Below are positions 59,104 to 64,000 of a DNA stretch of 64,000 nt, in pieces. Each line of letters begins with the position of its first letter. The first letter of the stretch is position 1. The notes below the pieces were generated by a model that searched no databases, was not told the origin of the DNA, and was given only the letters and a program-made list of their open reading frames with translations. The stretch spans positions 311,218 to 375,217 of the forward strand of contig QZKH01000003.1 in the NCBI GenBank assembly GCA_003598025.1, written 5' to 3'. Position numbers and translations under genes: made by a program. This DNA comes from Candidatus Omnitrophota bacterium. GTDB lineage: Bacteria; Omnitrophota; Gorgyraeia; Gygaellales; Profunditerraquicolaceae.

Positions 59104-60611
59104 TAATTGCTCCGGCAGCTGCATTTGCCCCTTTTAAAATCAGCTATATGCCCTATTACCTTCTTTGCGGCCATAAAATAGTATTTTAAATCATCCAGAT
59201 CCCTGATTGAGATTAGTTTCCTGAATATAAATTCCGGAGAAAGTGAAATCTTATACATGTATTCAACCATTTCTTTAAGTTTGTCGTCGCTGATCAAAGT
59301 TTTCATCACAGGCTTAGTCATATCATAGTCATCCCAATCCGAATACTTCAGCCAACCGTTAGATCTGCATTCATCAAAGAGCATGGAGCCCGGATAAGGG
59401 ATCACAATAGTTGCCTGCATAGTATAAGCATAACCTTTTAGCAACAGCCATCTGCCTAATTTTAAAGTCTTAACGGCATCATCGTACGTCTCCCACGGAT
59501 AGCCGAACATTATAGTGATGTGTGGATACAGGCCTGCACGCCTTGCATCTTTACAAGAAGTTATTATTTCCTCAACCTTCAAATTTTTATTAATCCGGTC
59601 AAGTGTGCTTTGGTTTGCTGATTCTATTCCAAATAGAAGCAGGCGGAAACCCGCGCTCTTCATGCTTTTATATTCCTCAAAATTTAAGGCGCCAAAACGC
59701 ATATTGCAATCAAAATAAACATCTTTATTATAACCTCTCTGCCTGGCCCCATTACAAAAGTCGCTAAGCCAACTTCCCGTAGGAAGGCTTCCTGAATCAT
59801 CCATTATTTCTTTCACGCCGTATTTATCTATCAGTATCCCGACCTCATCTAAGACGCTGTTAACGCTGCGGCTCCTAAACCTGGGATAAAGGGTAGGCCA
59901 ACTACAAAATGTGCATTTGCCCCACCAGCAATCTCTGGCTGACATTATGTACGTCCCGGGTTTTAGCTTATAATTTCCGTTCTTAAACGCATAATTTCTC
60001 CATTTAGTTAAATCCCGGTCGATAAACGGGATGTTGTCTAATTCGTGGTCAAGCTTAAACTTGCCGGTATTGCTTATACGGTTATCATCTCTATACCAAA
60101 TCCCCGCCTCAAGCTTTGTTATCGTGCCGGAGTTTAACGAAAAAGTGCTGCTCTTTGCGATTAAATTACACAAGTTAAGCAAAAGGAAATCATAATCTCC
60201 TCCCGTCAGAATAAAATCTACCTTACAATTCAGCATAGACTCTTCAGGAAGCGCTGTTACATGGTCGCCGAATAATACAGTTTTTACCTTTTTGCCGTCT
60301 ATGCTTAACGAGCTCAGTTCGTCAATCATCTTCCAGTGCTGCTTTACTACCGGGGTCTTGGTTTCAAAAGCTATCAGGTCCGGTTTCTCTTTTTTTATAA
60401 TCTCGATAAATTCTTGCCGTGAAATATTCTCAGCAATAGAATCCAGCCACAAAACATCATAGCCGTTTCTCTTTAGTAAAGTCGCGGCCTGGGCAGGGAC
60501 CACAGGATAAATATAAGTAGGCTCAGTGAAATACTGGAATTGCCTGTTTTGACCCAGGGTAGGATATCCTTTCGCTGATATTAATGGCGGATAAGCTATT
60601 ATTACTTTCAA
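59103..60611 (-). CDS. B12-binding domain radical SAM protein (HpnJ-like)
   Basis: IIAYPP, ETKTP, FGDHVTALPE, ARDCWWGKCTFCSWP (CX4CX2C), FGIESANQ, MFGYPWET. Confidence 0.85.
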   Translation of the reverse strand: MKVIIAYPPLISAKGYPTLGQNRQFQYFTEPTYIYPVVPAQAATLLKRNGYDVLWLDSIAENISRQEFIEIIKKEKPDLIAFETKTPVVKQHWKMIDELSSLSIDGKKVKTVLFGDHVTALPEESMLNCKVDFILTGGDYDFLLLNLCNLIAKSSTFSLNSGTITKLEAGIWYRDDNRISNTGKFKLDHELDNIPFIDRDLTKWRNYAFKNGNYKLKPGTYIMSARDCWWGKCTFCSWPTLYPRFRSRSVNSVLDEVGILIDKYGVKEIMDDSGSLPTGSWLSDFCNGARQRGYNKDVYFDCNMRFGALNFEEYKSMKSAGFRLLLFGIESANQSTLDRINKNLKVEEIITSCKDARRAGLYPHITIMFGYPWETYDDAVKTLKLGRWLLLKGYAYTMQATIVIPYPGSMLFDECRSNGWLKYSDWDDYDMTKPVMKTLISDDKLKEMVEYMYKISLSPEFIFRKLISIRDLDDLKYYFMAAKKVIGHIADFKRGKCSCRSN

Positions 60612-61573
60612 TTTTCTTCCTTAAGCTTTTTGGCTAACAGACCCTTTAAAAAAAAGGCTCCGTAGGTTAAATGGGTAGCAATAACCCCGAAAAAAACACA
60701 AGGGGACATCAGGACCTGTTTTTTAATGCTGAATGCAAGCACGATAAGGGCATAAAGAGCTGCGCCCGATAAAAATAAAAACCTGAAATGAATGCTAAAG
60801 ATTGAAATAATAGCACCGATTGCTAACCCAAGAGTAAGAATTGATGGCAGGAAATATGCAGGTTTTAATGAATTCTCCGGGAACCTTTTTACAAAATAAC
60901 CCCGGTGAAGCGCATAACTGGCTATCTGCCTTAAATGAGGTATGAATAACGGTCTGCGATGATGCCAAACAAGGACTTCCGGGTCATAAACGATCTTTCT
61001 GCCGCTTTTAATTATGTCCAGACAAAGCTTCGTATCTTCTCCCGGCCAAAAGGCGGTATTAAACCCTCCTAACTCCAATAATACTTGCTTGCGTACAAAT
61101 AAATTACACGAAGGGAAATCATCTACTTCCTGCTTTTTTCCAGGCACATATCTGTATTTGTAACTGCCGCTGACAACTATTGAAGAATACACTAAACCGC
61201 TGGCCCTCTGCATAAAACTATCCTTATCGGGCGTAACAGCCGGTCCGCCGACCGCAGCAACATCAGGATTGTCAAAATTCCTTACAGCGTTCTTCAGCCA
61301 ATCTCTGCACGGATATGTGTCATCGTCCAGGAACGCGATAATCTGGCCTTTGGCATGCTTTAAACCCATATCCCTTTTAAGTCCGGGGTTAACCGGACCA
61401 GTGGGTATTATGCTTACCGGGACAGCTATATCCAAAGGTATGCCACCCTGAAAGCTCTGATCGGGGAGGATCAAAATCTCAAAGTCAGCGTAATCCAGGC
61501 ACTTGCAACTATCTACGCATTCTTTTAAATTCTTTTGCCATGTTTTTACGGCGATAATAATCGATACGGTCAT
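60608..61573 (-). CDS. glycosyltransferase family 2
   Basis: AFLDDD, AVGGP, PSCNLFVRK, GEDTKLC, HHRR; C-terminal TM helices. Confidence 0.9.
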   Translation of the reverse strand: MTVSIIIAVKTWQKNLKECVDSCKCLDYADFEILILPDQSFQGGIPLDIAVPVSIIPTGPVNPGLKRDMGLKHAKGQIIAFLDDDTYPCRDWLKNAVRNFDNPDVAAVGGPAVTPDKDSFMQRASGLVYSSIVVSGSYKYRYVPGKKQEVDDFPSCNLFVRKQVLLELGGFNTAFWPGEDTKLCLDIIKSGRKIVYDPEVLVWHHRRPLFIPHLRQIASYALHRGYFVKRFPENSLKPAYFLPSILTLGLAIGAIISIFSIHFRFLFLSGAALYALIVLAFSIKKQVLMSPCVFFGVIATHLTYGAFFLKGLLAKKLKEEN

Positions 61574-62303
61574 AGTATTTTATAATATGCATCCTGTAAA
61601 ATATTGCCAGGGTATCCCAAAAAGTAGTTATCATTGCCTTTAAACCGATCCTGCCGAAAGGGCGCTTAGAATCCAGGACAATGGGAGCCTCCGCTATTTT
61701 GTATCCCAAATGGTTTGCGTTTGCTAATACTTCAAGGTCAAATGCAAATTTTTTTACCAGTATCCTGGGGAATACCGCCTTTAAAACTTGTGTTTTAAAA
61801 AGCTTAAGCCCGGTCTGGGTATCATGACAGGGCAAATTGAACAAAAGCTTTATTATCAGATAGTAAATATAACTTATTATCCTGCGGTAAAATGGGTAAT
61901 TTACCAGGGAATTTGGGTGCAATTTTGAACCAATAACGATATCTGCATTATCAAGTTTCATTATATCAAATAGTGTCTGGACCTGAAGCGGATGGAGGTC
62001 CATATCAGCATCGATAAATACTACATAGTCGCCGTTAACATAATGAAAAGCTTTCTTCAATGCCCTGCCTTTGCCCACGTTAAAAGGGTTTTTCCTGACA
62101 ATGACCCTGCCGTTATGCTTTTCTTCTATCGATTTTAAAATATCATATGTATTATCGGTTGAGCCGTCATCAAGGATTACAAGTTCCCACTTGCAGCCGA
62201 AATTATCAAATGTTTTAATAGTTTCGTTAATGCTGGCAAAAATATTCTCTGCTTCGTTATAAGTCGGCATCACTATAGATACCAGACCGTCAATGTTTCT
62301 CAT
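61509..62303 (-). CDS. glycosyltransferase family 2 (polyprenol-phosphate glycosyltransferase-like)
   Basis: SIVMPTYNE, DDGSTDNT, GKGRAL, FIDADMD, DTQTGLKLF, FDLEVL. Start at ATG 62303. Confidence 0.9.
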   Translation of the reverse strand: MRNIDGLVSIVMPTYNEAENIFASINETIKTFDNFGCKWELVILDDGSTDNTYDILKSIEEKHNGRVIVRKNPFNVGKGRALKKAFHYVNGDYVVFIDADMDLHPLQVQTLFDIMKLDNADIVIGSKLHPNSLVNYPFYRRIISYIYYLIIKLLFNLPCHDTQTGLKLFKTQVLKAVFPRILVKKFAFDLEVLANANHLGYKIAEAPIVLDSKRPFGRIGLKAMITTFWDTLAIFYRMHIIKYYDRIDYYRRKNMAKEFKRMRR

Positions 62304-63546
62304 TTTTACGGAAAGCAATTAAAAACATTATTGTTAAAAGAATTACCGAATTTATACATACGATCCATTGTACCTGAAAAATGCTCTCATGGAACAAAAT
62401 TATTAAAATATTCTGAGATAAAACTGCAATAATAAGATATTTAATGAAACGCAGGTCCTTGACCGATAAAAAGTACGAGATCATTAAATACACCATGCTA
62501 TAAGCTGTCATCGAAAGGCTGAATATTCTTCCCAGAGCAATAGTCTGGCTGTAGGTTTTTCCCGTAAGCATCCTTAGGGTAAACTCAGGCATGATGTTAT
62601 AGAATATTAGCCCGCAAAGGCATAACAAAAATACATATCGCAGGCTCTTGTTAAGAGTTGATTTAGTATCGAGGTTCATCGCCTTAAGGCCGCTTGTTTT
62701 AGGGAACATTACCAGGCTTATTGCCGCAGGCATAAATAGGAATATCTTGCCTACCATCTGCGCCAAAGAATATAATCCGGAATCGGCAGGATTAAAATAA
62801 TGCTTAACTAGCACCATGTCGGAACTTATTAAATTCATGTAACAAAATTGGCTTGCTGCCACCGGTAGCAAAAAGATCAATAGGCCCTTATAATCCATGC
62901 TTGCAAAATGTCTGCCTTGGGATAAACGGATATAACTGCGCAGCGGAATATAATAAATGATTATTATAAATAAGCTTGATATAAAAAATGCACCCAGCGC
63001 TCCATTTATGCCAAAACCTAATGAAATAAGCATAAATCCCAGAAAAAGCTTGATAAGACTGCCTGAGATTGAACCGGCAGTAAGCCAATTAAAAAACTCC
63101 ATACCCTGCACCCCGCCGTATACCACAGGAGCAAACCAGGCCAGAGAAATAATGGCTGCCAGAATATATCCCGGGGCTAAAGAATCTATTTTAAGAATAT
63201 TGATTATAAATGGGCAGGCTAAAATAAAAATTATTAGCGTTACAAATGCTAATAAGTATGTTTTTCTTATCAGACCTGAGAATAAATCAATGATCTTATC
63301 CTTGGCATTTTGCGCTTTAAATTCAGAAGAAAATTTAGCTATCGCAAGCTGGAGGGTGCCTATGGGTGAAGATATTATCAGGAAAATCGACAGTAACGAA
63401 TTAAAAGCGGCAAATTCAGCGGCGCTTAGTTTATGTGCGATAAGCAGCTGATAAAGCAGATTAAAGAAATTGACTAAAGAAGTCCCGGCAAATACAATTA
63501 GTATATTTTTGCTGAAAGTATCTGCCCTTTTTATCCTATTTATCAT
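62290..63546 (-). CDS. Wzx-type oligosaccharide flippase
   Basis: About 12 TM; GINGALGA, DMVLVKHYF...SGLYS, VMFPK. Confidence 0.85.
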   Translation of the reverse strand: MINRIKRADTFSKNILIVFAGTSLVNFFNLLYQLLIAHKLSAAEFAAFNSLLSIFLIISSPIGTLQLAIAKFSSEFKAQNAKDKIIDLFSGLIRKTYLLAFVTLIIFILACPFIINILKIDSLAPGYILAAIISLAWFAPVVYGGVQGMEFFNWLTAGSISGSLIKLFLGFMLISLGFGINGALGAFFISSLFIIIIYYIPLRSYIRLSQGRHFASMDYKGLLIFLLPVAASQFCYMNLISSDMVLVKHYFNPADSGLYSLAQMVGKIFLFMPAAISLVMFPKTSGLKAMNLDTKSTLNKSLRYVFLLCLCGLIFYNIMPEFTLRMLTGKTYSQTIALGRIFSLSMTAYSMVYLMISYFLSVKDLRFIKYLIIAVLSQNILIILFHESIFQVQWIVCINSVILLTIMFLIAFRKNEKH

Positions 63547-63558
63547 TACAGGGTTTTA

Positions 63559-64000
63559 TTATAAGATTATCCGCAAAAACCTTCTGCTTCCAATCTTTAA
63601 TATTCCTTCGCCCGAAATAACAAAATTATCGCTTTCTACCTTTTTGCCGTTAAAAAATATTGCACCTTGCTTAATTAGCCTGCGCGCTTCGTTTCCGCTT
63701 GCAACCAGGCCGCATTCTACCAATACTGCTAAAACATTCTTGGTTTGTGATATTTTGTATTCAGGCATATCAGCGGGCGTTTCCTTATTGCTGAAAACTT
63801 TATTAAATTCAATACATGCGGACTTCGCAGCCTTTTCGCCATGGAATTGCGATACGATTAACTGCGCTAAGTTCTCTTTTGCCTCTTTAGGATGCATATT
63901 TTTAGCTTGAGCTATATCAAAGTCAGTAAGAAGCTCGTAGTACTTGGACATCATCTCATCTGATAGTGACATTATCTTACCAAACATCTCAGAAGGACCC
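63559..64000 (-). CDS. tyrS: tyrosyl-tRNA synthetase, C-terminal part (5' end outside window)
   Basis: PSEMFGKIMSLSD...YYELLT...HPKEAK, S4 domain SGNEARRLIKQGAI, KIGSRRF. Frame is open to the window edge. Confidence 0.93.
   Translation of the reverse strand, partial: GPSEMFGKIMSLSDEMMSKYYELLTDFDIAQAKNMHPKEAKENLAQLIVSQFHGEKAAKSACIEFNKVFSNKETPADMPEYKISQTKNVLAVLVECGLVASGNEARRLIKQGAIFFNGKKVESDNFVISGEGILKIGSRRFLRIIL

Noticed and set aside
17060-60611. Hopanoid biosynthesis (HpnA-like and HpnJ-like genes)
   Set aside because: No squalene synthase or squalene-hopene cyclase in the window; these are broad families also found in glycan loci.
61509-61573. 65 bp overlap of two GT2 genes as a programmed frameshift or pseudogene
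   Set aside because: Both genes are full length with their own N-terminal motifs; the overlap is a simple C-terminal extension.
67-63910. Dozens of plus-strand ORFs (60-200 aa) and short nested minus-strand ORFs in the track
   Set aside because: All lie antisense to or inside well-supported minus-strand genes and show no motifs; they are shadow ORFs.

Overview
The whole 64 kb window is one co-oriented (minus-strand) cell-surface glycan/glycolipid biosynthesis locus of about 58 tightly packed genes. It starts immediately downstream of the 3' end of tyrS and runs off the left edge. It encodes nucleotide-sugar enzymes (rfbA, rfbB, gmd, several SDR epimerases/dehydratases, a DegT aminotransferase), a WecA-type initiating transferase, about a dozen GT2/GT4 glycosyltransferases, three GT-C membrane transferases, three Wzx-type flippases, two O-antigen ligase/polymerase-like proteins and many tailoring enzymes. 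Four things stand out. (1) A hydroxyethylphosphonate (HEP) module (cytidylyltransferase-PepM fusion, Ppd, Fe-ADH reductase) is bracketed by two alkaline-phosphatase-superfamily genes, in a locus that also has four B12-dependent radical SAM enzymes and a CDP-alcohol phosphotransferase with a degenerate catalytic motif; together these suggest a methylated phosphonoglycan or phosphonolipid system. (2) A eukaryote-like bifunctional NRS/ER epimerase-reductase appears to replace rmlC+rmlD. (3) Two diverged ~100 bp non-coding elements have IS200/IS605-type ends (PATE-like miniature transposons), and one supplies a gene's stop codon. (4) A perfect palindromic operator sits on the start codon of an EPS-associated MarR regulator. 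All product calls come from motif recognition only; no database searches were run.
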